The notes beneath the pieces are model-generated. The model saw only the letters and a list, made by a program, of their open reading frames with translations. It did no database searches and was not told the DNA's origin. From positions 166,763-230,762 of the forward strand of contig NIVC01001117.1 in assembly GCA_002269645.1 (NCBI GenBank): a stretch of DNA of 64,000 bases, given 5' to 3'. This DNA comes from Macrostomum lignano. Its lineage: Eukaryota. Shown one piece after another: positions 23,879 to 35,971 of this stretch (positions are counted from its first letter, which is position 1; each line of letters begins with the position of its first letter). Both the position numbers and the translations under genes were made by a program.

Positions 23879-26800
23879 ATGATATCAGACACTGACAGCC
23901 TGTTTCAGTCCTGCCGTCGAGGCGACCTAGCCAGAGTTCGATACCTCGTCGAGGAGCGCGACGTTGAGCTGAACGTGCGCGACCAGTGGGACTCGACGCC
24001 GCTGTATTATTCCTGCCTGTGCGGTCACGAAGATCTTGTGCTGTACCTGCTGCAGCAGGGCGCCACCTGTCAGGCTAGCACTTTTGATGGCGAGCGCTGC
24101 GTCTACGGCGCCCTGACTGACCGTATCCGGGCTATGCTGCTGGACTCCAGCGTTGTCACCGCTCACTCAATGCGCAGAGATGCCTATTCAGAGTTTCTGC
24201 GAAATCTGTTCTCCACAGGGTCTGGTGCCGATGTCCGGTTCAATCTGTGCGATGGCTCGGAGTTTCTGGCGCATCGCTGCCTGCTGATGGCCCGATCGCC
24301 GTATTTTAAACGCAATTTTTCCGGCAAATGGATCGGACGGCGTCAGGTGAGCTACTTTGCCTTTTTACCTATTGTATAGGATCCGCCCCTTGTCTGATTT
24401 ACCTATTGTATAGGATCCGCCTCTTGTCTGATTTACCTATTGTATAGGATCAGCCCCTTGTCTGATTTACCTATTGTATAGGATCCGCCCCTTGTCTGAT
24501 TTACCTATTGTATAGGATCCGCCCCTTGTCTGATTTACCTATTGTATAGGATCCGCCCCTTGTCTGATTTACCTATTGTATAGGATCCGCCCCTTGTCTG
24601 ATTTACCTATTGTATAGGATCCGCCTCTTGTCTGATTTACCTATTGTATAGGATCCGCCCCTTGTCTGATTTACCTATTGTATAGGATCCGCCCCTTGTC
24701 TGATTTACCTATTGTATAGGATCCGCCCCTTGTCTGATTTACCTATTGTATAGGATCCGCCCCTTGCCTGATTTACCTATTGTATAGGATCCGCCTCTTG
24801 TCTGATTTACCTATTGTATAGGATCCGCCCCTTGTCTGATTTACCTATTGTATAGGATCCGCCCCTTGTCTGATTTACCTATTGTATAGGATCCGCCCCT
24901 TGTCTGATTTACCTATTGTATAGGATCAGCCCCTTGTCTGATTTACCTATTGTATAGGATCCGCCCCTTGCCTCTTTACCTATTACATAGGATCCACCTC
25001 TTTATTCTTCTTATCGCAGGTGTCAGTTCGCAGTCCGCGCATCGATTCGGACTCGTTCCGCGCCCTCCTGCAGTACCTGTACACCGGCCGCGTGGAGATC
25101 CGACTGGATAGACTCGACAGTCTTCTCAGGCTGGCTGACAAGACCGAGCTGGAGGAACTGCGGGCCCGGCTGCTGCAGCGACAGTCGGGACTGGACGGGC
25201 TGAGAGCTGCCAAGCCCGGGATGCGAGTCACCACCATTGTGCTGGACCCGGACATGGACCAGGTGGGTGGCCACTGAAGTACCGTGTATTCACTGAGTGA
25301 GCCTCTGCACCATTCACACATTCACTGAGTGAGCCTCTGCACCATTCACACACATTTACTGAGTGAGCCTCTTGTCCATTCACACACATTCACTGAGTGA
25401 GCCTCTGCACCATTCACACACATTCACTGAGTGAGCCTCTTGCCCATTCACACACATTCACTGAGTGAGCCTCTTGCCCATTCACTGAGTGAGCCTCTGC
25501 ACCATTCACACACATTCACTGAGTGACCCTCTACACCATTCACACACATTAACTGAGTGAGCCTCTGCACCATTCACACACATTCACTGAGTGAGCCTCT
25601 GCACCATTCACACACATTTACTGAGTGAGCCTCTTGTCCATTCACACACATTCACTGAGTGAGCCTTTGCACCATTCACACACATTCACTGAGTGAGCCT
25701 CTTGTCCATTCACACACATTCACTGAGTGAGCCTCTTGCCCATTCACTGAGTGAGCCTCTGCACCATTCACACACATTCACTGAGTGACCCTCTACACCA
25801 TTCACACACATTAACTGAGTGAGCCTCTGCACCATTCACACACATTCACTGAGTGAGCCTCTTGCCCATTCACTGAGTGAGCCTCTGCACCATTCACACA
25901 CATTCACTGAGTGAGCCTCTGCACCATTCACACACATTCACTGAGTGAGCCTCTGCACCATTCACACACATTCACTGAGTGAGCCTCTGCACCATTCACA
26001 CACATTCATTGAGTGAGCCTCTGGCCCATTCACATGCATTCACTGAGTGAGCCTCTGGCTATTTCACACAAATTCACTGAGTGAGCCTCTGGCTATTTCA
26101 CACAAATTCACTGAGTGAGCCTTTGGCTATTTCACACGCATTCACTGAGTGAGCCTATGGCTGTTTCACACAAACTCACTGAGTGAGCCTCTGGCTATTT
26201 CACACACATTCACTGAGTGAGCCTCTGCACCATTCACACGCATTCACCGATCGGACGCTTTTGTCACTCACAGGTGAAACGCGACCTGACATTCCTAGCC
26301 GATCAGGCCACGCCGCTGCACCTTTTGCCGGAGGCTGAGTCAGACCGCATCAGTTGCTACCCGGACCTCTGTCTGGAGGCCGAGTCCAGCTCGGAAGATT
26401 CTGTCGATAGCCCCGACGTCGCCAGCCGTCAGTTTCGCTGCCATCGGGCCTTCGTCTGCGGCCGTAGCGACTATTTTCGAGCCGCCGTCGACAGCGAGCT
26501 GAGCGACGCCGACTGGCTGGCCGACGGTGTCCGACATCTCCGGCTTCGCTGCCTAAGCTTTGGCGAACTGGCCAGCGTGGTGGCCTACGTGTACAGCGAC
26601 CAGCTGGTCATCAGCCGTGACGACGACCTCGACGATTCCAGCAGCTTCGCCGCTATTCTGGCTTTGATGTCGGCCGCCGATCTGTTGCTGCTGCCCGGAC
26701 TGAAGCGGCTGTGCGCCGGCAGGCTGGAGACTCGGCTGGACTGTGACAATGTGGCCGATGTGCTGCGGCTGTCCCGGCTGATGCGGCTGCCCAGGTTGGA

Positions 26801-27928
26801 GGACAGGTGAGCTTTATTTGGGACTCTTATCTCTCTATGCTAATCCCACCTAATTCCAGTCGTTGAATCCTAGTCGGGGAAATCCCAGTCAGGAGAATCC
26901 TAGTCGGGACAATTCCAGTCAGGGGAATCCTAATAGGGGAAATCCCAGTTAGGAGAATTCTAGTCGGAGAAATCCCAGTCAGGAGAATCCTAGTCAGGGA
27001 AATCCCAGTCAGGAGAATCCTAGTCGGAGAAATCCCAGTCAGGAGAATCCTAGTCAGGGAAATCCCAGTCAGGAGAATCCTAGTCGGAGAAATCCCAGTC
27101 AGGAGAATCCTAGTCGGAGAAATCCCATTCAGGAGAGTCCTAGTCGGGGAAATCCCAGTCAGAAGAGTCCTAGTCGGGAAAATCCCAGTCAGAAGAGTCC
27201 TAGTCGGGAAAATCCCAGTCAGAAGAGTCCTAGTCGGGGAAATCCCAGTCAGTAGAGTCCTAGTCGGGGAAATCCCAGCCAGGAGAATCACAGTCAGGAG
27301 AGTCCTAGTCGGGGAAATCCCAGTCAGTAGAGTCCTAGTCGGGGAAATCCCAGCCAGGAGAATCACAGTCAGGAGAGTCCTAGTCGGGGAAATCCCAGCC
27401 AGGAGAATCACAGTCAGGAGAGTCCTAGTCGGGGGAATCCCAGTCAGGAGAATCCTAATCGGGGAAATCCTACCCAGAGAACTACCGGTCTGGGAAATCC
27501 TAGTCGGGAAAATCCTAATCCTATCTGCGGAAATCCATGTCATCGAAGTCCCATTCATTAAAATCCCTTGTGCAATAAAAGCCTTATTCTGTATGATAAG
27601 TCCTGCATTTCGTAAAAAATACGCCTGTCCGTATCTTGTGCAGACTACTTATCGAGTAGTAGCATCAGCAACAGACATTCCTCTCTCTCTATCTCTTATT
27701 AAAACAAGGTGCGCCGAGTACTGCGCCCGCCATTTGTCCGAGGTTCTGCCGCGGTCGGATTTCCGCCTGCTGATCATGGAGGACGCGGCCAGCGTTCGCG
27801 ACCGTCAGGAAGCCGACACCATAGACATTATCGATCAGGTGCGCTCTCACCTGCCTAGAGGTGCCAGGTCAGCTCAGCTGAACCAGGACATCGACCAGTG
27901 CCTGGAGGAACTAGGACTCGAAGCTTGA
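23879..27928 (+). CDS. ABTB1: Ankyrin repeat and BTB/POZ domain protein 1. Exons 23879-24346, 25020-25262, 26274-26806 and 27709-27928.
   Basis: LFQSCRRGDLARVRYLVE, RDQWDSTPLYYSCLCGH and TFDGERCVYGAL (ankyrin region). BTB1 FLAHRCLLMARSPYF. BTB2 FRCHRAFVCGRSDYF...ADLLLLPGLKRLC. GT-AG junctions are phase-compatible (0,0,2). Confidence 0.9.
24362..24998. repeat. 34-bp minisatellite (tttacctattgtataggatccgccccttgtctga) filling ABTB1 intron 1
   Basis: Period 34 (ggatcc at 24481 and 24515). Confidence 0.97.
25288..26245. repeat. About 34-bp minisatellite (cattcactgagtgagcctctgcaccattcacaca) filling ABTB1 intron 2
   Basis: Read directly. Confidence 0.96.
26850..27510. repeat. 30-bp minisatellite (ggagaaatcccagtcaggagaatcctagtc) in ABTB1 intron 3
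   Basis: Read directly. ORF 26827-27558 is its translation. Confidence 0.95.
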
Positions 27929-28027
27929 TCGGCTCTTGTTTCAAAAGATTGATTTTAAGCTGATAAACGCTTAGATGAAAAAGTTTTCTTTCAACACGGC
28001 ACTTTCTTAATCTGCTGTCGGAAGCCT

Positions 28028-29166
28028 CCTAAACTCAATTGAGAATCATCCCTAAACTCAATTGAGAATCATCCCTAAACTCAATTGAGAATCATCCCTA
28101 AACTCAATTGAGAATCATCCCTAAACTCAATTGAGAATGGCCCCTAAACTCAATTGAGAATCATCCCTAAACTCAATTGAGAATCATCCCTAAACTCAAT
28201 TGAGAATGGCCCCTAAACTCAATTGAGAATGGCCCCTAAACTCAATTGAGAATGGCCCCTAAACTCAATTGAGAATGGCCCCTAAACTCAATTGAGAATG
28301 GCCCCTAAACTCAATTGAGAATGGCCCCTAAACTCAATTGAGAATCGCCCCTAAACTCAATTGAGAATCATCCCTAAACTCAATTGAGAATGGCCCCTAA
28401 ACTCAATTGAGAATGGCCCCTAAACTCAATTGAGAATGGCCCCTAAACTCAATTGAGAATCGCCCCTAAACTCAATTGAGAATCATCCCTAAACTCAATT
28501 GAGAATCGCCCCTAAACTCAATTGAGAATGGCCCCTAAACTCAATTGAGAATGGCCCCTAAACTCAATTGAGAATGGCCCCTAAACTCAATTGAGAATGG
28601 CCCCTAAACTCAATTGAGAATGGCCCCTAAACTCAATTGAGAATGGCCCCTAAACTCAATTGAGAATGGCCCCTAAACTCAATTGAGAATGGCCCCTAAA
28701 CTCAATTGAGAATGGCCCCTAAACTCAATTGAGAATGGCCCCTAAACTCAATTGAGAATCGCCCCTAAACTCAATTGAGAATCGCCCCTAAACTCAATTG
28801 AGAATCATCCCTAAACTCAATTGAGAATCATCCCTAAACTCAATTGAGAATGGCCCCTAAACTCAATTGAGAATGGCCCTAAACTCAATTGAGAATCATC
28901 CCTAAACTCAATTGAGAATGGCCCCTAAACTCAATTGAGAATGGCCCCTAAACTCAATTGAGAATCGCCTCTAAACTCAATTGAGAATCGCCCCTAAACT
29001 CAATTGAGAATCGCCCCTAAACTCAATTGAGAATCGCCCCTAAACTCAATTGAGAATGGCCCCTAAACTCAATTGAGAATGGCCCCTAAACTCAATTGAG
29101 AATCGCCCCTAAACTCAATTGAGAATCGCCCCTAAACTCAATTGAGAATCATCCCTAAACTCAATT
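28028..29166. repeat. 23-bp minisatellite (ctaaactcaattgagaatggccc) downstream of ABTB1
   Basis: Period 23. Each unit contains the palindrome CTCAATTGAG. Confidence 0.97.
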
Positions 29167-29502
29167 AATGCATACCGTGCCTTTCAAAGATCTGTGAGCA
29201 CAGATCTGTACTATATATACTACTAATTTATCAAAAGTAAGACACTATCGCTATTTTCTTCGATGAAATGTTAATTATTTTACTAATTGAAAAAGCATTT
29301 TATCGTATTAAAATTGTTCACTCAGCTACCTTACAAGAATTGAAATAAAATTCATGCTTGAATACACCATACACATTTGCATGGTACGAGCAGTTTTATA
29401 TTATACACAAACTTGAACTAAATCTTCTTCATATTTGTTTATAAGCCTTGCACACAGACATAAGGCCATTGACAGTGTCTTACAGGACTGTTGTATTACG
29501 GG

Positions 29503-29991
29503 CCAGGGGTCAGCAAGCTCCGGTCCGGCGGCCACTAGCGGCCCGCGAGCCTCTCTATCCGACCCTCGGTTCCTTTGAAACTTCACAATAGCTCAGGGTA
29601 TGTGTCTCTTCTCAGCTCTCTTATCTTTTCTGTCTTCTCTCCCCTCCTCTCCCCTCGCCTCTCCCTTCTCTCCTCTCTCCATTCTCTCCTCTCCCTCCTC
29701 TCATCTCTCCCCTCTCCTCCCCCTTCTCTCCCCTCTCCTCTCCCTTCTCTCCTCTCTCCCCTCATCTCCACTCTCCTCTCTCATCTCCCCTCTTATCTCT
29801 CATTCTCTCATCTCCTCTCTCTCCTCTCATCTCCTCTCTCTCCTCTCATCTCCTACCCTCTCTCCTTCCCTCTCTCTTCCCCATTTTCTGTTCCCTCTCT
29901 GTTCTCCTTTCTTTTCTAACCCGCAGTCATGCGCTTAGATTTCATATCTGGCGCATGGTGTTTACGTTAAAAAAAGTTTGCCGACCCCTAG
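29503..29991. mobile_element. hAT (Charlie-like) non-autonomous element with a (CT)-rich low-complexity interior
   Basis: Termini CAGGGGTCAGCAA...TTGCCGACCCCTA and subterminal cggcccgcgagcc. Flanks attacggg/attacgcc are a degenerate 8-bp TSD. Confidence 0.6.
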
Positions 29992-30776
29992 ATTACGCCG
30001 TGTAGGTACAGATTCTGTCTCTATTTTAAAACAACTTGCAACCTATTTTCAAGGACTATAGCTACTGTACTCGGTAACCCTTTTAACTGAACCATTGGCT
30101 GCCCTAATTTTCTGTAGTTTTCGTCTGGGGAAATTCGACAACAAGCTCTAATAAGTTAGATATCTAATCTATATTACTTATCTATACATATAGGCGCCTA
30201 CCGAATACAGTATAAGGATTGCATTGATCTATCCGCAGGTATTCCGTAAGCTGCACATAGTTTGGATAAGCTATTCACATGATCAAAGGACTGTTGTTAG
30301 ATAAATGGCACGCCATATCTACTACTAGTATCTGTCACGCAGCATGCTTTAGCACCTGTTGCTGCTTTTGCTACTGAGCACGCGTTTGCAGGACAGGACA
30401 GGCCTGGCTATCCGATTAACATAACAGCGAATAGAATTTATGGCCTGTGCTGCAGTGCGCAGCAGACCTTAGTTAGTGGGAGGGGCCTGCCGGGGTGGGC
30501 GGGCCTGGTTCACAAGTCGCAGGTCAAATCTTCAAAAGAAAGATTCAAAACGAGTTTTAGTTCTATATGTATAACTGGAAAATTACTGGAACAGTATGCG
30601 CATGTACGCCGGACGTGTATGCATAAAAGCCTGTGCGCTAGCGCGCCTAGACTTACATAATAAACAACTTGTAGCTGCTCTACTACATGTATTTGCTGCT
30701 ATAATTCTTTATGCAAATTCAAATGCGAGACACTGCCGCCAGCTTCTCATTAGCGATACGCCGGCGCCACTCCACC

Positions 30777-32493
30777 ATGGAGACCGGCGTCGGGGTCGAC
30801 CCGAACTCGAATTCCGTTCGCCGGATTTCGCGATTCCGGCCGGTCCGTTTCCAGGAATACCGGATGCGCTGGGGCTGCGCTGCCGCCTCCGTGTGCGACC
30901 TGCACGTGCTGGTGCCGCAGAAACGGGTCGAAGGATTCCGCGAAAACCCGGGCCGGTTCGCTGACCGACCGTTGCCAAGCGACAGAGAACTAACTGTTAT
31001 AGCCGCTGGTGGCATCGGCGAAGTCGGACGCGCCGGCCGGCCCGGCCACTCCGGCTGTTGCGCAGTTCAGCCGCTGCGCTGCGAGTGGCGTCGCGCCATT
31101 GGCGCCTGCGTTCACGTCGACCGTTGCCTGCACACCGGCAGTCGAAGGAGCCCGGTGGGGTGAGAGACGAAGCCAATAAAATGGGGGTCACGAGAGGGGC
31201 CAGAGAGTCACCGCTAGGGAGACCATTGAGTCACTGAAAAATCCAGAGAGTCACTGGGAAGACCAGATAATCACTGGGAAGGCCATACATGTAGAGTCAC
31301 TGAAAAAGCCAGTGGGTCATTGCAGATGCAAGAGAGTCACTGGGAAGGCCAGAGAGTCACTGGGAAGGCCAGAGAGTCACTGGGAAGGCCAGAGAGTCAC
31401 TGGGAAGGCCAGAGAGTCACTGGGAAGGCCAGAGAGTCACTGGGAAGGCCAGAGAGTCACTGGGAAGGCCAGAGAGTCACTGGGAAGGCCAGAGAGTCAC
31501 TGGGAAGGCCAGAGAGTCACTGGGAAGGCCAGAGAGTCACTGGGAAGGCCAGAGAGTCACTGGGAAGGCCAGAGAGTCACTGGGAAGGCCAGAGAGTCAC
31601 TGGGAAGGCCAGAGAGTCACTGGGAAGGCCAGAGAGTCACTGGGAAGGCCAGAGAGTCACTGGGAAGGCCAGATAATCACTGGGAAGCCCAGAGAGTCAC
31701 TGGGAAGGCCAGAGAGTCACTGGGAAGGCCAGAGAGTCACTGGGAAGGCCAGAGAGTCATTGGGAAGGCCAGAGAGTCACTGAAAGACAAAATTAGCTGT
31801 CCATGGCCAAAGCGATTCGTCAAGAAACTCAAAGCTGTCAATCCTGCAATGCAGAGGTCGAACCCACCGGCTGCCCAGCGACACCGCCGGCTGGGCTCAG
31901 GAGCCGGCGACAGCTCCTATCGACACTCGCCGCCGACTGCTGCATCCCCGCCGGTGTCAGTCTACTGGTACCTGTCGCCGCCGCAGCTGGCCACCCCGCC
32001 GACAACTCCGGAGCTGTTGCCGCCTCTGTCCGCAAATGTCGCTTCCTCCGCGGCATCAACTAGCTCGTCGACGGCATCGTCTCAGTCGTCGGCAGTTTGT
32101 CTCCGGCCAATCGACGTCAAGGACTCGTTGACGACGGCCGCAGAGGCTACGACGGCAGTGACCACTGCGGCTGTCTCGTGCAGCTCAACCAACATGCTGC
32201 TCGGCCTCACGGCAACCGCTGCTTCGGTGACCGCTGCGAACTCTTTGGTCTGTCGGCAGCAGTCGGCTGTCGAGAGGCGCGTGGCCTCGGTGGTTGAGCA
32301 GCTGCAGGACGCCCTCCTGGCGGCGGTTCGTGCCGAGACAGAACCGCTGGAACGCCGCCTGCTGGAGCGGGAGGCCCAGCTGAAGCAGCTGCAGTCCGAG
32401 CTGGAGGCCAAGGACGCCAGGCTGCGGCACCTCACCGCGCTGCTGTCCTGCCGCCAGTGCAGAGACGATGCCGCCGGCAAGAACTCCGGATAA
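30777..32493 (+). CDS. TSC22/bunched-like leucine-zipper protein. Two exons (about 30777-31155 and about 31800/31855-32493); exact junction uncertain.
   Basis: Kozak-like ccaccATGg. The N-terminal ISRFRPVRFQEYRMRWGC resembles the TSC22 long-isoform motif SRFxVV...RWxC. The C-terminal VEQLQDALLAAVRAETEPLERRL...LQSELEAKDARL resembles the TSC box plus zipper. Confidence 0.5.
31200..31785. repeat. 20-bp minisatellite (agagagtcactgggaaggcc) in the intron of the TSC22-like gene
   Basis: Read directly. Confidence 0.96.
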
Positions 32494-32589
32494 AGACTTA
32501 ACTGTTCAATTCTGAACCTGCACCATTTGCTATTCGGCTGTTCGATCATTATGAATTGTTGCCATCGACCACCGGTTAGCGAGAGGGAA

Positions 32590-32900
32590 GGGGAACAAAG
32601 ACCTGAACCTTGAGCCATGGACCCTTAAGAGGAGCAGTTAGGGGGAACAAAGACCCGAATCAAGACTCAGCCATGGAACCTTAAGAGGAGCAGTTAGGGG
32701 GAACAAAGACCCGAATCAAGACTCAGCCATGGAACCTTAAGAGGAGCAGTTAGGGGGAACAAAGACCCGAATCAAGACTCAGCCATGGAACCTTAAGAGG
32801 AGCAGTTAGGGGGAACAAAGACCCGAATCAAAACTCAGCCATGGAACCTTAAGAGGAGCAGGAAGAGGAACTAAGACCCAAACTTAGACTGAGCCATGGA
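32590..32900. repeat. 56-bp tandem repeat, about 5 copies
   Basis: gggggaacaaagacc recurs at 32641 and 32697. Confidence 0.9.
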
Positions 32901-33235
32901 CTACTAGGGAGCAAGTGGGCGGGCAGTTACAAAGACTCTTTTACACCGGTATTTTCTGGCACAAGTGTATGGACTTATTCAGCTCAGGTGAATTGCGTAA
33001 TCAAAAATTGAACTGACCCCGACAGATATTGCTTGTTCACTTGGAGATCCTAGCCGATTGAAGTGTGCTTCTCATCACAAACCATTTTTTGTTGTAAATA
33101 AATCATTTTATCACCGGTGCAAACGCTGCTTGCTGGTATTCAGCGTTTTTTGGATAAAGACCTAAAATTATCGAGTTGAAGATGTACAGCTTGTGCATTT
33201 TTTCAAACATACTTTTGATTTTTACTAACTTCTAC

Positions 33236-33528
33236 CCTGACCCAATCCCACACCTGACCCAATCCCACACCTGACCCAATCCCACACCTGACCCAATCCC
33301 ACACCTGACCCAATCCCACACCTGACCCAATCCCACACCTGACCCAATCCCACACCTGACCCAATCCCACACCTGACCCAATCCCACACCTGACCCAATC
33401 CCACACCTGACCCAATCCCACACCTGACCCAATCCCACACCTGACCCAATCCCACACCTGACCCAATCCCACACCTGACCCAATCCCACACCTGACCCAA
33501 TCCCACACATGCCCCAATCCCACACCTA
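33236..33528. repeat. 17-bp minisatellite (tgacccaatcccacacc)
   Basis: Read directly. Confidence 0.96.
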
Positions 33529-33954
33529 ATCAGACCTTACACATTAAATAGAAATTCCATACTTCTGCGAGGCTACTTGAAGTAGCACAATTAGAAAAGT
33601 TAGAAAGCTTTCTTCTGACTTTGTCTTCGGTCGTTGATCTGATTAAGAAGTTGCATCTCTTCTATGGCTATTGAATTATTAATATTTTTTGGATAATCTG
33701 TCTATGAGGCTATCGGCATTGATTCATCAGGAGGTCCTCAGGAGACAGGACAAAAAGCTGAGGACACGGTCGCGGCATTAGCATTGTGTTTGTCTACCGC
33801 CAAAGTAATCAGAGTTAGGCATCTGGGCGGCCGCCTTGAATGACTAATTTATTTGACTGAATTTAGTTTGGCATCCAATGGAAGACTGGACTCACTTGTG
33901 GGAGTTTGTTGGAAACTATTTGGCTGTAGCATCGAGATCAGAAACTAGGAGGTG

Positions 33955-34740
33955 GCACAAAGGACCTAAATGGAAAGTTAGACAGCCCAGAGGACCTAAA
34001 TAAGAAGTTAGACAGCCTATAGGACCTAAATGGGGACCGACAGCCCAAAAGACCTAAATGAGGAGTTATAGACAGCCAAAGGATCTAAATGAGGAGTTAT
34101 AGACAGCTCAAAGGACCTAAATGAGGAGTTATAGACAGCTCAAAGGACCTAAATGAGGAGTTATAGACAGCTCAAAGGACCTAAATGAGGAGTTAGACAG
34201 CTCAAAGGAAGGCCCTAATGAGGAGTTAGACAGCTCAAAGGAAGGCCCTAATGAGGAGTTCGACAGCTCAAAGGAAGGCCCTAATGAGGAGTTCGACAGT
34301 TCAAAGGAAGGCCCTAATGAGGAGTTAGACAGCTCAAAGGAAGGCCCTAATGAGGAGTTAGACAGCTCAAAGGAAGGCCCTAATGAGGAGTTAGACAGCT
34401 CAAAGGAAGGCCCTAATGAGGAGTTAGACAGCTCAAAGGAAGGCCCTAATGAGGAGTTAGACAGCTCAAAGGACCTAAATAAAGGAGTTATGGACAGCCC
34501 AAAGGACCTAAATAAAGGAGTTATAGACAGCCCAAAAGACCTAAATAAAGGAGTTATAGACAGCCAAAGGATCTAAATGAGGAGTTATAGACAGCTCAAA
34601 GGACCTAAATGAGGAGTTATAGACAGCTCAAAGGACCTAAATGAGGAGTTATAGACAGCTCAAAGGACCTAAATGAGGAGTTAGACAGCTCAAAGGAAGG
34701 CCCTAATGAGGAGTTAGACAGCTCAAAGGACCTAAGATAG
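33955..34740. repeat. 32-33 bp minisatellite (gaggagttagacagctcaaaggaaggccctaat and variant)
   Basis: Read directly. Two subtypes occur in blocks. Confidence 0.93.
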
Positions 34741-34990
34741 AGTTGGAATTGGACCTTGGAGCTGAGAGCAAGGAAGGCCAATTGCTGAGCATTCCAATGC
34801 AACTGTTGCACAGTTAAGAGTAACCATAATCCTCAGTTAGACTTGTTAAAAAATTTCCAGCATATCATCAATTATACTATTTGTATTTTAATAATGTGCG
34901 ATTACTAATTTAATCATATTTTAATATAGCCGTTAGCACTATTATTGCGATTACAATAGCAGAAATTTCGCATTTAGTAATTGAATTCAG

Positions 34991-35971
34991 TCAGCGCTGC
35001 CTGTGCACCTGGTGCAGCCGCATGTGCCTGTCCAAGTTGGCTCGCTGGCTGAAGCCTTGCAAGCAGGTCGGGCACTGGTGCGGCTTTTCGCCTCGGTGAA
35101 TGTTGCGCAGATGGCGCTGCAGGTTGCTGCTGATGCTGAAGGCCCTGGCGCACAGGCTGCACTGGTAGGGCTGCTCACCAGTGTGCACCCGGAGGTGCCG
35201 GGTCAGGTTGGCCGATCTGGGGAAACTCTTGCCGCACCACCGACAAGAATACTTGGACGCTGGCGATGAGCGGACGCCAGGGACATGTGGGGGCGGCGGC
35301 GGCGGCGGCGGCGGTGGCGGGTGCTGCTGTTTTTGCTGCTGCTGACGGTGCAGCAGCTGGTTCTGTAGAGCCTGATGATGATGATGATGGATCCGGCGAT
35401 GCTGATGACCGCCACCGCCGCTGCTACGGTCGCGCAGCTGGGCAAGGCGGAGACGCTGCTGCAGCAGGCTGGGATCTCGGCTGGGAGCCAAGCGACCGCC
35501 TGACGACTGGGGCGGCGGCGGCGGCTGTGACGGCGGGTGAGCTGCGTTGAAGCCTCCGCAGCAGAGGAGTCGGCCGAATTCGCTGACTGCCGGTCGAATT
35601 CGCTGCTGATGCTCCAGTTCGCCAGTCGGTTTGCCAGCCAGAAGGGGCGGCTGAAGCGGCTGCGTAGGCGGCGGCGGCGGCGGCGGCGGAAGTGGCGGCC
35701 GTGGAGGCGGCGGAAGCGGAGCGGCCAGCAGACGCCGCATCGCTGCGCCAAGAGCGAAGCGCCACGGGTCCCAGGAGGCTGCGGCTGCGGCGGCTGCGGC
35801 GGCTGCGAAGGCCGCGTTCGGAGCCGAAGGACGTTGCAGCCCGGCGGCTGACGGACTGCGCATGATAAGGCGTTCAATAGAATGATTGCTCAGCTTCCTG
35901 ACCGGCTGCTGCTGAAGTCCTGCAGCAGCTTCGGCAGCGGCCTGCGATTGAGCAGCGGATGTTTCAATCAT
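34991..35971 (-). CDS. EVI1/PRDM16/Hamlet/EGL-43-family C2H2 transcription factor with only the C-terminal 3-finger cluster
   Basis: [52 protein letters not shown]...ANLDRHM matches the diagnostic EVI1 distal fingers. First in-frame ATG at 35971; an upstream exon cannot be excluded. Confidence 0.85.
   Translation of the reverse strand: MIETSAAQSQAAAEAAAGLQQQPVRKLSNHSIERLIMRSPSAAGLQRPSAPNAAFAAAAAAAAAASWDPWRFALGAAMRRLLAAPLPPPPRPPLPPPPPPPPTQPLQPPLLAGKPTGELEHQQRIRPAVSEFGRLLCCGGFNAAHPPSQPPPPPQSSGGRLAPSRDPSLLQQRLRLAQLRDRSSGGGGHQHRRIHHHHHQALQNQLLHRQQQQKQQHPPPPPPPPPPPHVPGVRSSPASKYSCRWCGKSFPRSANLTRHLRVHTGEQPYQCSLCARAFSISSNLQRHLRNIHRGEKPHQCPTCLQGFSQRANLDRHMRLHQVHRQR

Noticed and set aside
24362-29166. 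CRISPR-like look of 23-44 bp repeats with palindromic cores
   Set aside because: Units are head-to-tail with no unique spacers, lie in spliceosomal introns or flanks of a eukaryotic locus, and there are no cas genes.
33236-33528. Interstitial telomeric repeat
   Set aside because: The unit is 17 bp (tgacccaatcccacacc), not TTAGGG-like.
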